The notes beneath the pieces were generated by a model. That model was not told the origin of the DNA, did not search any database, and worked only from the letters and a program-made list of their open reading frames with translations. From contig NW_026262723.1 in assembly GCF_021869535.1 (NCBI RefSeq), positions 93,434,001-93,498,000 on the forward strand: a stretch of DNA of 64,000 nt. The letters are read 5' to 3'. The stretch comes from Mytilus californianus (lineage: Eukaryota). The position numbers were made by a program, and so were the translations under genes. This document shows, one piece after another, positions 49,659 to 63,165 of this stretch (positions within the stretch are counted from its first letter, which is position 1; each line of letters starts with the position of its first letter).

Positions 49659-49979
49659 CAATACTTATAATTACATTTCTTTGCTAGGATCATGAAAAAA
49701 CGATTTCTGTCAAGTTTTTCTTTTATTTACCTGTGCACTTTATTGTGGAAGCTCGTGTCATCATGAATGTTACATTTCATTTTGAAATCTTGAAATGAAG
49801 GTTAATTTCAGAATGACGCGAGATTGCCGTTAGCCAATCAAACTAACGTATTATAATGAAACATACATGTAATGTAATTATTTACTTTTAGAACGTCGTC
49901 TATTTACAAGTTTCAAATTATCAAAAGAAAAATTAATTACTTAGTATCGTAAATTTGAAAATAAAAAATAAATAAGGGG

Positions 49980-50550
49980 ACAAACCTTTGCTAGCTTACA
50001 ACAAAAACAAAGATATGCTTTATGTCGAAAAACGACAGAAATATAAACAAATGACAACTATATATATTTCATGAGCCGAGATGACTGATGACAAAGGAAG
50101 AATCGCGAAGTGACAAAAGTAGAAAAAAGAAGAAACTGAAAATAAAACTTTCCGGACGACAAAGGAATTCTGGGAAGTAAAGATAATACAAAAAGTTCAA
50201 ATATATATTCAATTCGAATACAATTTGATTTAAAAACGAAAACGGAAAACAGTTTTGTTTTTCGTTTTTCGTTTTTGAGAAATCAAAACGAAAAAACAAA
50301 TGGACGCAAATATACAAACCATTGCTACGTTATACTAACAAAAACAAACAGCTTTATGTCGTAAAGGGACAGAAAGGTGAAAAATGACAGCTACATTATA
50401 TTTCATTAACCAAAATAACTAATGAAAAAGGAAGCATCGAGAAAAGATATAAGTAGAAAAAAGAGGAAACTGAAAAAAAGACTGTAAAGGAATTCTGGGA
50501 AGAAAAGGGAATACAAAAAGTGTTCAAATGAATAGTCAATACAATATGTA
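49980..50550. repeat. Old, diverged ~250-bp direct duplication (period about 335 bp)
   Basis: CAAACC.TTGCTA...GCTTTATGTCG...AAAGGAATTCTGGGAAG occurs at about 49981 and about 50315. Confidence 0.7.
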
Positions 50551-51533
50551 ATTAATATTTAGGAAAAAAGTCATGTGTAAATTTGGAAATTAATGTAAGC
50601 ATTCAGTAATGCGAACCGCTGACCAAAGGAAAATACTTAAATTATGCAACTGAAAAAATGAAAATTCTTTAAATGAATAATTATCAAAAGAATATCATAT
50701 AAATGTGCACGTCGGTCACTTTAAGTCGTATTCGAATATCCTTTCGTTATTTCTGAAAAACGACACAATTTTATTATGCATGACATTAAATAAGTTAATA
50801 AAATGAAGAATAAGTGAAATATACTTTGGAACTACGTCAAAACTCTTCTCATTTATTGGGAACGTGTACAACGCTCATTGCAAACAGCACCGTTCTCAAA
50901 AGCACAACATTTGCCACAATAAAAACATATAAATCAGGCGGTCACCGAAAAAAGCTACTGCTTTGCAAAATAAACCTTTAGGAACCGACTCACCGTGATC
51001 ACCAGTGACGCCGAATCAGGGATAGTAAGTTAAAAGGTAAAATCGTTAGAAATGACCATTAATAGTTCATCTTTGACTTGTCTTTGGAATTCAAAGAAAT
51101 GTTGCTGTGTAAATTTAGTAGCTATAATGTACACACTGTTTCGTATTTGAATAATGCTTCTCATTTCCCACTTGCCAAAGAATAAATTTGACCTTCTTAT
51201 CTCTGAGGTTGTCCAAACCCTGACGAATTTCGATAATTTTCAGTGAATTCCTTTTCCTTTCGTGGCTGTATCATTTGTAAATAATTTCCTAATTTTTGTT
51301 CAAAAATAATTTTCTCAAATTTTCACATGTTCTTAGGTAAAGAAGAAGAATGACAAGTGAATCGTTAAGCACAGTCAAGATAATAAACCTCCCTTGTCAT
51401 CATGTTTTCTTTTCATTTCAGGTACAATTTTTAGACTTACAATGAATGAACATATTTGTGGGTATTACAAACAACAGTAGATATAACTTTATTTTTAACA
51501 AGAAGTTAATGTAAACCTGGATAGATAACTTAC

Positions 51534-51730
51534 CATTTGGATTCTTGGGCATCTTTTTTCACTATTCTGAATATTCCTTCAGCCACCATAAAAACATTGG
51601 TCAAAGCCATAAGCCAGTATAAATCATTGTTTTTCACATCAGCAGCTCTCCATACTGCTAAAAAGCAATGGACCATTAAAATCACACGAACAGCTACAGC
51701 TGATATAATATTCCACAGATTTTTTAACAT
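51534..51730 (-). CDS. TMEM26: TMEM26-like paralog B, coding exon 1
   Basis: MLKNLWNIISAVAVRVILMVHCFLAVWRAADVK...ESKW with a phase-2 donor TG|gtaagt, compatible with exon 2 at 12437. The join gives 1074 nt = 357 aa. It is the only exon-1 candidate upstream of exon 2 in the window. Confidence 0.88.
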
Positions 51731-51850
51731 TGTTTTCTTGTTAAATGGTAACCATTTATAAATCCGAATACATAAATTATTGGGTTTTAACACAAAGTTA
51801 ACACTAGGTTGGTTTTAAACAAGATATATTTATATACAGGTGGATGTTGT

Positions 51851-51858
51851 TATTTATA
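51851..51858 (-). promoter_or_regulatory. Candidate TATA box of TMEM26-like paralog B
   Basis: TATAAATA on the minus strand about 120 nt upstream of the ATG. Weak evidence in an AT-rich genome. Confidence 0.25.
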
Positions 51859-52823
51859 AGGTATTTAAATAGGGTCTATTGAACCGTGCGAAATTTAGTA
51901 AAATCGACATTTTTTATATTAAATTAATTATTTTGCCATTTTAAAGTCAAAGTTTATCGTTTTGTATTTTGTCATAAACATGACATACTACAATCATATT
52001 AACAGTAATGGTACATTACCGCCTTCTCTATAATTTTTACTATTTTCTGGACAAGATGCAAGTAAACAACGTTTCACTTAAACATAATTAAAGGTTATTA
52101 AAATAATTAAGAAGTTATAAATTGATAATTTATCTGAATTTGAAAAAAAAAAATATCACCGGACTTTCTCAAACATTTAGAAACTTTAACTTTTTGTTCT
52201 CCCTAAAACTTGTATATTTGTTTCGTTGATAAGTAAGGAATATATTTCCATGTGTATGTTGGTCGTTTTGTTACATGTGTATGTTGGTCGTTTTGTTACA
52301 TGTGTGATAGTTTTTGTTTTGGTTCATTGTTGATCTAAAGTTTACTGTCACGTGTGGAATAGTTCTCGAATTCACTGTTAGAGTGAATTTGTTGTATTCA
52401 AGCCAATTTCAGTCTAGGGTTTTGGTTTCTGACAGGTTTATCGTTTGGTTTAAAACTGGTTTTCTGTTTAACTGTACTATAAAGTTCTGATTGCTAAAAT
52501 GTTCAAATTACACGAGGAGGTTAGATAAGTTTAGGCAACTAATCCGATAATGGATTTTATATCCACATGTCACAGACAGTCCCAAAAGATTTATCTTAAC
52601 AATGGACATTAATAAGATTATCTAAAGTTACATGTATTTCTTTATTATCATGTTGATACTCATTAAGAATGAATGAATAAATTAATTCTATATTGCAAAG
52701 CAGTAGTTACTTTAGCAACACAAAAATATTTACATTGTGACACATAATAAACAGAAGAGAACAACATCCTAAAATAGTACAGACAAACAATCAACTAATC
52801 TTAAGAAGAATTAATATCAGTTT

Positions 52824-52993
52824 TGGAAAAGACGCTAGCCGTAAACACCGAACTCGGTATTGTAACATCTCGTATATTTTTGTTGGGTCTTTTATTAAAT
52901 TGTTAAACTGTATCCCGCTTTTAATCATCATTTGATAACCAGAATACATACCCAATAAATAAAGTTCGGTGTTTACGGCTAGCGTCTTTTCCA
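52824..52993. repeat. Perfect 31-bp inverted repeat with a 108-bp spacer
   Basis: TGGAAAAGACGCTAGCCGTAAACACCGAACT (52824-52854) and its exact reverse complement (52963-52993). Confidence 0.93.
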
Positions 52994-54199
52994 GAATTGA
53001 AATTTTGAATTAAGAAATTAATGTCCATTGATAAGATAAATCTGTTGAAAGTCTCTGTAACATATAGAAAAATCTTGATCATTTTTTTATGAAAATTTAA
53101 AGCCCGGGGCGACCGGACGAAAAGCATTTCAAGTAGTTGAACCAAGGAGGTTGTGTGAGATACAACCTTCTTGGTCATGCCAAGAAATCCTAGCTAAAAA
53201 TTCCGGTCGACCTCCTACGGCACTCATTAGTAGCTAAAGATTTGATTTCATTCAACAAATTAATTTATGACCTACATGTACGTGTCGCTTAGAACACGGC
53301 CATATACCAAATGGTCAATATTAATCATCCATGTAATTTGCTCTATGGGGTGTTTGCAAAATTTCAACGGAGGCAATTTCTTGGCATGTGAACTATTATC
53401 TTTCGGACTTTATTATTACACTTTTTAATTGTCCTCTATGGACTCAAAATTTTCCGATGTAATATCTTTTGATTTTAATACATGTTTTTACTAATCCGAC
53501 AATGGTGATTATATGTACATAAACTGCATGACAACGAATTGAACTCTTTTAAACGGAGTGTAAAGAATATCATATTGGTCTTTGCGTTAAACATCATAAA
53601 TGAATATTTACCAACACTTATGCGTTAGTTTCGTATATTGAAATAACATTACTATACAATTTCTCGTATTATATGGTATTCAATATTCATTTAAATCAAA
53701 TCGTGGCGAAATAATGCCGTCAATACCTAAAAATTATGTAAAATGACTCAACTCGCCACATTTCTCATTGTTGAAATATAGGATAAGGCGTGTATACCGT
53801 TGCAATTTTGGATCATCAATTTCGTTTTTTGAAATGGTTACAGTACATTAAATAATACGAAATGGAAGACTGCAATTGTCAAATAGCCATTTAACATCAT
53901 TAAATTATACTGACAAAGAGATATATTTACTGCATTTGAAAAGTAAGGCATTAACTGATTATGGTTATTTCTAAATATTCCTTTGTGACGCATTCTCATT
54001 CTCCTTCATTTTTTACCTTTGCAAGCTAATCGTGTTTTCCTCTCACAATCTCTTCTTTTAGTGTGATATAATGTTCCTCTTTTAGATAGGAAAATGGAGA
54101 GATATGGGTAGATGCAAGTACATAAAAACATCATCACAAAATTATAAAGGAAAAAACAAACAAAATAACTGAAGATCGCATACAATGAACGGAATGGGA

Positions 54200-55120
54200 A
54201 GACATGGTAGAACAGATGCAAGTGATCCGTCACGCTCCCGACCTGGTACAGACATCGATGAGACCATTGAAATAATCTGTCACATTCCCGACCTTGTACA
54301 GACATCAATGATACCATTGAAATAATCTGTCACATTCCCGACCTTGTACAAACATTAAGGATACCACTGAAATAATCTGTCACATTCCCGACCTTGTACA
54401 AACATCAATGATACCATTGAAATAATCTGTCACATTCCCGACCTTGTACAAACATTAATGATACCACTGAAATAATCTGTCACATTCCCGACCTGGTGCA
54501 AACATCAATGATACCATTGAAATAATCTGTCACATTCCCGACCTGGTACAGACATCAATGATACCACTGAAATAATCTGTCACATTCCCGACCTGGTACA
54601 AACATTAATGATACCACTGAAATAATCTGTCATATTCCCGACCTGGTACAAACATTAATGATACCACTGAAATAATCTGTCACATTCCCGACCTTGTACA
54701 AACATCAATGATACCATTGAAATAATCTATCACATTCCCGACCTGGTACAGACATCAATGATACCACTGAAATAATCTGTCACATTCCCGACCTTGTACA
54801 AACATTAATGATACCACTGAAATAATCTGTCACATTCCCGACCTTGTACAAACATTAATGATACCACTGAAATAATCTGTCACATTCCCGACCTTGTACA
54901 AATATCAATGATACCATTGAAATAATCTGTCACATTCCCGACCTTGTACATACATCAATGATACCATTGAAATAATCTGTTACATTCCCGACCTTGTACA
55001 GACATCAATGATAACACTAAAAATAATCCATCACACTCCTAATCTGGTACAGACACAAATGAAACAATTGAGAAAAAAAACTGTCATACTCCTGACCTGG
55101 TACATACACAAATGAAAATA
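54200..55120. repeat. 50-bp satellite, about 18 copies, homogeneous centre and decayed ends
   Basis: CACATTCCCGACCTTGTACAAACATYAATGATACCAYTGAAATAATCTGT recurs at 54281, 54331 ... 54981. Confidence 0.96.
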
Positions 55121-57277
55121 AGTTTAGAAGGAGTTCCTGATACAATATGTCTATTCCCGTAAATCAATTAGTGTGACAAAAAGTATTCACTGCTATGGGA
55201 GAGCCCAAACATCATTTTGGTAATAAAATAAAAAAGAAAAGGTACTATATCATTTGATACTACAAGTTGTCAACAAATTTCGCTGATGTAGGAGTAATCA
55301 TACAAAGTGTGGACAGACGAACACAGGCAATGCGATTACTATGACAACTATCCAAACCGTGTATAAAGTAAATATAATCATAGTAAACATCAGTCTTTTC
55401 GTATTTCGATGGTAGCTGAGAGATTTTCAATAATGAGGAAAAGAAGACACAACAAACACAACACCAAAGGGGGAGTGAGTTCTCATTAGAACAATTCGTT
55501 ATTCCTTAAGACTAATATTCTGCTGTCCTACACTGAAGACGTTAAGCAACCAACAATCAATCAATCCTACACTGAACATTGCGAAATACAAGTACATTCA
55601 AGGACAAACACAAAGTCCTGGTATACTAAGTCTCCAGGAAGTGTGTCAAGGTCTATATTTTCTAACTAAAGTCGGTATGAAAGAGGGTTTATCTGAATTT
55701 CATTGGTTCATCACACATGTTACACCTGTTTCAATATTTTGATATTTTTAATACAAAAAACGAACGGAAGTTATCACAATCAACATATTTGATTTATAGG
55801 CAAATTTTATCGTCAAATCTATCTTAGGGCCTCACGATACGTACATAAATAAAAGTTACACTTTACCGATTCGTGACTTTAAAAGCGAATTACTTATATA
55901 TGATAACCCATTTACAGTTTCTATGTTATTGTCACTGGGAAAATGTTTATTTTTTTAATTTCCAATTTTCCAATTTTATTAAATTACTAATAGGGATGGG
56001 AAAATACTTTGATTTGTATGTTCAATTTCACTACTAACCTTAAGTCTTAATTTCATTTATGTTAACCTTCCAACTGTAAACGAAATAAACAGGAAAAACT
56101 CCCACAACCTTTAGTTTAACTTAGTTCTCAAATATATAATAGCGTATTGCAGAGCATTCACTTATAACCAACTGTGCTTCACTTCAAAACTACAACTTAT
56201 TGCTTATAATATAGACAATGAAAAAAGTTTACATGAAAACAATCTGACTTAATCACAAAAACTTTATGATGAACAGTAAAAATGCGGTCGGTGAATCCTG
56301 TCAGGCGGACCCGAAATCCCGTATAACGATTATGAAGACCAAATGTAGTTGAACTAATACTCATAGAAGCTGAGAAACTGACAATAAAAAGAGACATTAG
56401 TACCGTTCAATAACTAACCATGAAAATGTGATCAAGGTTAGTTGAACTTTGTCAGTCGAACTTTAACACGTCACAGAGATTCCATTTTTTTACAGCACTA
56501 GAACGAATCAAATAATAATAAATCTAGTTTTTCTGCAGTCATTTAACTATTAATATAAGGTCAAGGACAATAACCATGAGTGCATGCATGGTGTATGAAA
56601 GATTTCTTTTAGTGCATTCCTGGTGACATAATTGACCTATGCCAAGATATTGTATTCTGTATTATTGTATTATCGTTTTTTGTTTTTCATTCTTTATTAT
56701 CTTTTTAATAAATGTATAAATATATTGTATAATTTTGTAAGAGAAAATTTGTACTGAATAAGTAAATATTTCTTTTAGTTTGCTTTCTGTAAATATAAAC
56801 ATTCTTTGATATGGTTTTGATTGTACTTGCGTTATTTGTATCTGTTTTCCCGTTATATCGTTGAGCGCATTTCATGTACTCATTATTGTGAGTTCTTTTA
56901 CGAACTTTTTGTAATCAGGGGAGATAAAAAAGAATATTCCAATTTAAATTTAACTTGGTCAGGAAAATCGTCAGTGGTAGTCTTTATTTATATCTTGTCA
57001 TTTTTCTTTTCTTTTTTTTTTGGACTGTGTTGTTAATGTCAGATATTTGATTGTCTCTGTTCTTCACAACTTTGTTAAACGAGTTAAAGCTTGAAATTAT
57101 GTACTCATTTTCTGTGTTTGAAGACGGCAAGTTGATTGCTAAATCCTTTTTTGTCGTTTGATTGCTATTTAATTGACAGGATATCCACTTCAACCCTTTT
57201 TTCTCTACTTTTGCATGATGCAACCAATCAATCAATCTACTTTTGCATCCTTCTGTTCACCATAGCATTGTGGAAAT

Positions 57278-57721
57278 AACAAGTATTCTGTGAGTATTGC
57301 ATGGCAATACATAGTCCCTTACCAGTTAAAAATTCATTGCATTGGAACAAAATTCGAGCTTGATCTGTAACTTGTCATGATATAACTATATACCAATTTT
57401 CAAATCAATATCTTCAAGCATGACGACAAAAAGTGCGGAAAACTTATTATTGGAGTGAATTTTCTAAGTCCAAGGAACATAACTCTGCACAAAATCATCC
57501 GACCGGAACAAAATTCGAACTTGATCTGTAACTTGTCATGATAAAACAATAAACCAAATATCAAATCAAAATCTTCAAGCATGAAGAAAAAAAGAGTGGA
57601 AAACTGATTTGCCGGACTGACGGACGGACAGACAGAGAGACAGACAGACAGACAGAGACAGACAGACAGACAGAGTGCAAACCTAAAGTCCCCTTCGACT
57701 TCGTCGGTAGGGGACTAAAAA
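57278..57721 (+). mobile_element. Helentron-type non-autonomous element (HINE/pearl-like) with ~160-bp core repeats and a (GACA)n microsatellite
   Basis: Starts AACAAG; subterminal AGTCCCTTACC is the inverse of the 3' GGTAGGGGACT; cores repeat at about 57357 and 57517; 3' hairpin GTCCCC...GGGGAC followed by TAAAAA. Confidence 0.82.
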
Positions 57722-58394
57722 TCACATTGATGAAAACATCCACTATAATTTCAAGAAAATAACACCAGACAAAGTTGAGAAAGTTATCAATAAAATCAAT
57801 GCAAAAAAGTCAATGCTGTGTTTACTGGCTAAAGTTGTCAAATGTAGTAAATCTGTTGTTTCATGTCAACTTACATCATTAATTAATATATCAATTAATA
57901 CATGTGCTTTCCAAATACTGGTAGATTGAATTCTTTGCTACACAAGAAAACTGGCCAGTGAATCAAATAACAGACCAGTCAGTGTTCTGTCTATTTTTCC
58001 AAAATGTTTGAAAAGGTTTTTGAGCTTCAACTAGGTAAATACTTCCAAAATATTTTTAATCCTTATCTTTGTGCTCTCTGTCGTGGCCATGATGTTTCAG
58101 AGAAGAAAAATAAGTGGTAATTGTGTGACAAAAGAAAGTGATGACAATAAGTCCTTTAAATATAAGCTAAAATTCTATATAGCATAAAATAAGAAATCTG
58201 TAATGGTCTCTGATTCAAAATTCCAATTAAGTTACCTACCCAGACACATTATTCTGACTCTGAGCCTACCAGTTTTTGCTCTTTCTCTTAAATGCTGTGT
58301 GAGAAACAGCTAATACCAATTTTTAAGTCTTTGGTTTGACTTGGCTGGGGATTGTTCCCACTGAGGCAGTCTAATCAATGGTTGAAATATTACA

Positions 58395-58670
58395 GAAATA
58401 AATGAGGAATGTGTCCATGGGACGCTTGTAAATATACGGCAAATTCTGCTTTTTTTTTTAATTTACAAAAGGACATAACTCAAGAACAGCGACAGTGACG
58501 CCACCCAAATTCCAACTTGATCTGTGTTTGTGGTAAAAAGTTTTGTGTACAAGTTTCATAAAATTTAGTTGAGGCAAACTAAAGTTAGAGAACGGAAACT
58601 AATTTTGGGACGTATGGACGGACATACAGATGGACAAGGGTAAAACTCCAATGCAGCAAGGGCATTAAAA
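58395..58670 (+). mobile_element. Degenerate HINE/pearl-like element
   Basis: A core related to that at 57278 (AACTTGATCTGT), a GGAC microsatellite and a decayed 3' hairpin. Confidence 0.55.
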
Positions 58671-61446
58671 GTAATGAAACTTAACAGATGGTTGGACTGA
58701 CCGACTTAGAAGAAGGCAAACCTATTGTCCTATTTGGCTTCTCGGATAGGGGACTCAGTAAAATGTGATAAGTTAATGAACAAATGGATGCCAAATGCTA
58801 GAAATAGCCCACACTGGTCATTTGAGCTATGTGAGTTAAACATTGGCAGTAATACTTAATGCAAAAGGTAACAAGGCAGGATAAAACAGATGTTTTCTTT
58901 TTCATTTTTATTGACAGTTCACCACTGCATAAAATATGAACACAATCAATGACAAAGTTATATAACCTGTATCAAGTTATTGCAACAACTTATTCATAAA
59001 CATTCTCTTTTATTCATATCAATTATAAATGAAAATGGAGAGAAAATTTCAAAAAATAATATTTCAATACTGAATAATCATTACCCTTATAATTTAATAA
59101 ACCAATTAGACATATATTCATACGTAAAATGAAAAAAAAAATGATTTTATGTATTGACATACTGTGGATTCATTTTTATTCGTTGGGTACCAATATTTGA
59201 GATTTCGTGGGTGAAGGATGAACCACATATTTATATTTTCAACAAAATACAATAATTCTATAGGCTTGTATGCAGACTTTGGCAAAACCACAAAATCAAA
59301 TATTGATGAAAATACAATTTTACTTAATCCACAAAAATAGGTATTAATGAAAATAAATGAATTCACAGTACATGTATCTAAAGATTCACGATGAAAATTA
59401 AAGCCATTACATGATTAAGAACCAAGGCCTCGTATTCAGCTAGAATGAAAGATGCATTGATCCCATTATAAAAAGTTATTGGGTTTATCTCCTGATTTCT
59501 ATGTCCTACTGCTGAAAATGTACAGGAATTATAAAAAAAGTTTAATGATTCAAAAAACCAGGATTCTGTGAGTAGAATTACTCTAACAATCTCTTCCTCA
59601 GAAATAATTCTAAGGTTCTGCAGAAACAGTTGAGTAAATATTTGCAACACATCACTGAAATTTATGGCTTAAAAAAAAACCCACTAAAAACACAAGTCTT
59701 AATGCCCTTAAAGAAACCCTTGCTAATTTATGATTTTGTAATACCATGATTTTAACTTGGAAGTTTTACAACTGTATACCTTTGCAATGAGTATTTACAA
59801 CTTTCAAAAACATGATAAAAGAGGTACCCAATGATCACTTACTGTTATATTTAATATGTGCACTTGACATGAAACTCATGATTAAATAGATTTACCAAAT
59901 GTTCACCAAAACATGTACTTTACATTAATTAACTTCATCATATGAAGTTTTAAATATACATTCTGTACAAATTCATTTGTATTTACATATATATATACAA
60001 AATTTCTATCAAAAAAGGTTTACCATACAAATTATATCAATTTATACCAAATCTAGGATTATCAATCGTGAGAATTCCTAGTTTTGAAAATTATATTTAA
60101 ATTCTACATTCATAACATCAAATATATTTTCTCAAAAAGTATATAAAAATGTTACCGAAATCTGTTTAATAGCTTACACTACTTTAAAAGAACAAGTTAT
60201 TTATCTGATTAAAGATCAGCATTTTCATTTTCACAGAAATAGAATAGCATTGTTTATAAAACCATCTTATATCCGAAAGCTTAAAAAAAAATATTGATAA
60301 TAAAGGTTCACCTATTTTTCTTTATCCCAATATTTACACAATAATTCAATTTAAATAAATCACTTTACCTTTTTACAATACATACAAATGTTGTTGTTTT
60401 TTTACACGAATGAATGATTCATTATTATATAAATAAATCAAACAATATTTACATCAACATCACTTATATACAAGAAAATAACAAAGCATTCACTCCCATA
60501 ATGCACCACAAAACAGGAAATGTACCATAAAATAGGAATCAATGCCATTAGATTAAGCTGACAAGCACATGTTTTTGGAGGAATAAATATTGAAATGAAA
60601 AGAAAACATTGCAACCCTTTTTGCTGTTCAATGAAATCCATCTTTTAATAAACAAAACAATTTCACTTATAATCATAAGTGACCAATACTGACCTTAACA
60701 AAGCAACCAGATCCTATATAATGTACATGTACAACATATGTCTAACCTGATCAGTGAAAACTTTATAGACACATACTTATCAGAATAACTAGCCTATTCA
60801 AAGATGTTTTATATATACTATTTTCTATAAAGAAACCATAACTGGTTAATATATAAACAAACCAAAAGCAAAAACAACTGAAAGATGAGAACCCATCATT
60901 AAAATAACTCTCAATCTACAACTGCAATCATGTTAAAATATCATCTTAGGATAAAACAAGATTACTTGGATATCTTCAGGTAGACAAACTGTCAACCTTT
61001 CTTTTATTAGAAACAAATTTTATACAGCATCCATCATTTTACCAATTTAGAATTATACTGACTAAACTGTCCATGCACATTTCATACAAATCTTGTTAAG
61101 CTCTCTCAAATCAATTATACAATACTCACTCACATCCCTTTAAATAACACACGAGGGGGTTCCCCACATGAGAATACTACTTTGGACCTATAAATAAGAG
61201 CTCCTATAATTTTTGTATCCCAATCCTTTGTTAAGGAACCTTATATACAGGAAAGAAATTTCGTAGGCATCTGATTAATATCATTTTCAATTCCTGTCTG
61301 GTCCTTACACATTTAAGTACTTAAATTTCAAAATGTAACCGATTCTTAGTAAGTCATATACTTAAAAAATGTCAACAATTTAGCACTAAAAGTATGTTTG
61401 CTATCACATTCTTCTTGACAATAGCACCATTGATGGGTATGAACTT

Positions 61447-62413
61447 TCATTCAACTTTACTAACAGTTTCCTTTTCCTCTTTATTTTTCTTATGTTTCTT
61501 CTTTTTATGTTTATGTTTATGTTTTTTGTTCTTTTTATGTTTTTTTTCCTTCTTGTGTTTTTTCTGTTTCTTTTCTTCCTTATCACTTTTTTCCTCCTCC
61601 ATGCTTGATGCATCACCATCAGATTCAGCATCTGAGTCACTGTGTTCATTATAATCGGGTACAAAGGCTGATTCATCAATCACAGACTCTTTTCTCTCAT
61701 ACTTTTTCTTTTTAATCTGAATTTCATTTTCTGCTTTTGTATTTTCTTCCTGTCCATTCACTTTCTCCAGTTTTGATTTCTCACCTTCAACCTGATCAGT
61801 TTCTTTCACTTTCTCAATATCTTTACTTTCCTTTTTCTTCTCTTTCACACTCTTTACAATTGTCTGTTTAACTTTAGTTGAAACTTTTTGTCTGCTTTCT
61901 TTTTCTGGAGATTCATTCCTCCTAGATGATTTTTGCTTGTCTATTTTCTCTGATTTTTCAACGGCATCAACTTTATTTTTTTCACTGCCCACTACTTTAC
62001 GCTTATCTGACTTTTCACTTTCTGAGACTCTACGTTTATCTACCTTTTCACTTTCTGATACTCTCCTGTGAATTCTTTCAGCCTCTTTTTCATTTTTATC
62101 AGAAGAGACTGTAATCTGCATGGAATTTTCACGACTGTGTACTCTTCGACTATCATCTTCATCTTTATGATTCTGTTTCTGGTTATCATCCATGTAAACT
62201 CTTCTCTGTTGTCGGCCAGGGGATTTTTTATTATGATCACTGGAAACAGGAGACTTACGATGTCTTTCATCGTTCTGTCTAACAGGTGATTTCTGTAATC
62301 GGTCATGGACTGAGAGTTTCTTTTGAGGGTGTGCAGGCACCACAGCAGAAGCAACTGTAGCTGGCTTCGGTTGTTTCTGAGTTATAGCTTTCTCTGCACT
62401 TTCAATTATGGAT
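61447..62413 (-). CDS. RBBP6: RBBP6 (E3 ubiquitin ligase) homolog, terminal coding exon
   Basis: Acceptor attacag|A, in frame with the ORF. AFVPDYNEHSDSD and a C-terminal KKHKK..KHKHKHKKKK..K tract match my recollection of the human RBBP6 C-terminus (AFVPDYNESDSE...KKHKKHKK...KHKHKKKK). Stop at 61449-61447. Confidence 0.8.
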
Positions 62414-63165
62414 CTGTAATATGAAGAGAATTAATTGGTAATGGTATTATCATATACAAATACCTACAAGATTGGTGGAGATTGGTGGAGTAAATTTTTC
62501 CTAAATGTACATAAATGTAATAAGAATTTCAGGCTTAACACAACTTCTTTATTCATTACTTGTACAGACGAAGAGTAGTTTAGAACTTGAGACAACGTAT
62601 CTATTGTTAAAAGACCACATCTTGACCTCTAGATGACTTTTCATGTTTGTTTTTTGTAAGGTTGCGGTCTCATTGACATAAAATCTCACATCTCCTTTTT
62701 TCCTAAGTGTCTATTGATTTCATAGCACATTTAACAAGCCAATCTTGAATCATTGACTAAATAACTAGCAAGACACCTAGCTAAATCAAACATAGTGAAA
62801 TTATTTCTGGACAGTTTGGAATTCATGTATGTTGTTTATTAAACCTGTATGTAAGATTACAGATATAATTGGTAAAGTTTCATTAATTGTATATTTTGTA
62901 CATTACTGATAATGTAAAAAAAATACAAATAAATATGTGATCATATCCAAAACACCTTGATACTAGAACATCTATCAATAGTTTATTTTACTAAACACTG
63001 CCATTTGAATTTCTAATGACAATATATGATAGAACAGGAACTATGATCTGCAACATAGATCATAGATGTGCATTTATTTTTTTTATTTAAGATGATATTA
63101 AGATGCTGCAATCCATAATGAATTATTTGAGTTCTAATTGATAGCTCTATGATTTATATACCAAC

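Noticed and set aside
54200-55120. Regular arrays (also 1-499, 45549-47815, 48833-49066) as CRISPR-like loci
   Set aside because: The units are contiguous with no unique spacers, no cas genes are present, and the context is eukaryotic.
56280-56335. GC-rich GGTGAATCCTGTCAGGCGGACCCGAAATCCCGTA as a ribozyme
   Set aside because: It has GAAA and a TA but lacks the CUGANGA core and consistent stems.
61394-62354. Overlapping ORFs at 61394, 61404, 61926, 62040, 62068 (also 25618-25854, 1257-1514, 51537-51761)
   Set aside because: Alternative-frame or antisense shadows of real low-complexity or membrane-protein exons.
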